NCBI GenBank assembly: GCA_030704615.1
Contig: CM060731.1
Coordinates: 95,976,001 to 96,040,000, forward strand
Direction of reading: 5' to 3'
Source of the DNA: Takakia lepidozioides
Taxonomy: Eukaryota; Plantae; Bryophyta
DNA length: 64,000 nt
The notes below the pieces were generated by a model, which searched no databases, was not told where the DNA came from, and was given only the letters and a program-made list of their open reading frames with translations. Shown one piece after another: positions 62,901 through 64,000 of the stretch (the first letter of the stretch is position 1; every line of letters starts with the position of its first letter). Position numbers and translations under genes: made by a program.

Positions 62901-64000
62901 TGGTTGTCCTTGCCACGAGAGGGAAGACCACAGAGAATGCGGTGGCAAGGTGGACACCGAAAAGTGTCACCCCGGTCCTCCTCAGAAATGGTTCTGCATC
63001 AGTACGCAGGGGTTGCGAACAGAGGGCCAAAGTGTAAGTTATCAATCTATTGCATTCACTTCATATTGTGGTGTATGTTAAGTAGACCCTGGAATTGATC
63101 CCTTCTTTGTTGGATGTGCAGACATTGGTGTTTGAGGCATATTGCTTTGTGAAGCGAGGGTCTACGTTCAAATTCCGCACGACGGTCGTCTTGTTGATGC
63201 CGCTGTGGACCCTGTAACCTACGATGTCCTCTACAACTATGTGCCCCACTCTAGTATGCCGAAGGACAAGACAGGCAAACCGTGGCGGTACAGCCGGACC
63301 CGGAGCCCTGCTTTCATCCAAACCCTCATGGAGACGTGCTCGGATGTCCAAGGGCGGATTCTGGACCTCACATGCGGCACGGGTAAGCCTTCACGTGCTC
63401 AGTTTGTCCCTGGCCCCATTGCAATTGCATGCCGCAAGCTATTAACCGCCCGCTTTGTTCCTCAGGTGCTTCAATGTGGGCAGGGACGTTGTCCGACAGG
63501 CATGTGTTCGCCTTCGAGCCAGATACTGCCCTCCACAACTCGGAACTTGCAGCGGCTGAACGTCTGCCGAAAGAGGAAGAGGCATCCTCGGAGGATGAGG
63601 AAAAATCCGAGAAGGAGCAGGGGGAGGAAGTTGGGATCGAGGCCGAGGAGCCCCCGGTTTACGAGTGAGTGGTGGCATTGTAAGTTGCCTCCAGATTTTG
63701 TGAGGCACCTCCCTCCGCTCTCTTATTTCATTGAAAACCCTTTCTGGTTGTGCTGGTATTGACATTCTTCAAGTGGATTTGTTCTTACTGTAGGATGCCA
63801 AGTACTGCCGGAGGGACGTCTACACCGGAGTTCATGGACAGGAGGAACGTGCCTTTTTTTGCCAGGGGGGATTTCATGCCTAGTCCAGAAAGGGAGTACA
63901 TCCTTCCTACTTATGCTGCCCGGCTTGCTTCGGTGTCCATTAGGAGGTGTTCCGAACGTAGTCGTGTACAGCAGATTTTAGACGAGGCAAGCCTCAAGAA
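59932..64000 (+). pseudogene. ParB/Srx-like plus beta-class amino-methyltransferase-like spliced gene (copy 3), 5'-truncated, runs off the window
   Basis: VWDGNHRLLAW (DGNHR at 59939-59953), DIPDG (62777-62791), ILDLTCGTG|ASMWA..RHVFAFEPD. Predicted GT-AG introns: 60093-60211, 60399-60468, 61376-61918, 63034-63121, 63383-63465, 63665-63793. Confidence 0.82.
61385..61890. repeat. ~95-bp double-hairpin tandem array (~5 units) in intron 61376-61918
   Basis: Reverse complement of 49283-50288 with fewer units. Confidence 0.9.

Overview
Eukaryotic, almost entirely transposon-derived DNA. The short GT-AG introns and the TE types suggest a non-seed plant (inference). The window has a 500-N gap, and indel-rich sequence near it may reflect poor consensus quality. 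No intact host gene is visible. Main contents: (1) Four nested copies (A-D) of one non-chromovirus Ty3/Gypsy family, with ~1 kb TGT...ACA LTRs, 5-bp TSDs, an extra ORF starting inside the LTR, and a long extra 3' ORF that appears in frame with Pol (or with Gag in a pol-less copy). (2) A decayed, unrelated Gypsy carrying a DNMT3-like C5 cytosine methyltransferase directly upstream of RT-RNase H. (3) The strongest candidate for a new system: a Mutator-like TIR DNA transposon (39-bp TIRs, 8-bp TSD, transposase-motif remnant), present as four pieces. It carries a spliced gene encoding a ParB/Srx-like (DGNHR) domain joined to a beta-class amino (N6A/N4C-type) DNA methyltransferase fold with a non-canonical DIPD motif, plus intronic arrays of double-hairpin repeats. 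Also present: two FCP1/NIF phosphatase-like remnants, a Tnp1/En-Spm-like fragment and LINE RT debris. All domain calls come from motif recognition by eye; no searches were run.
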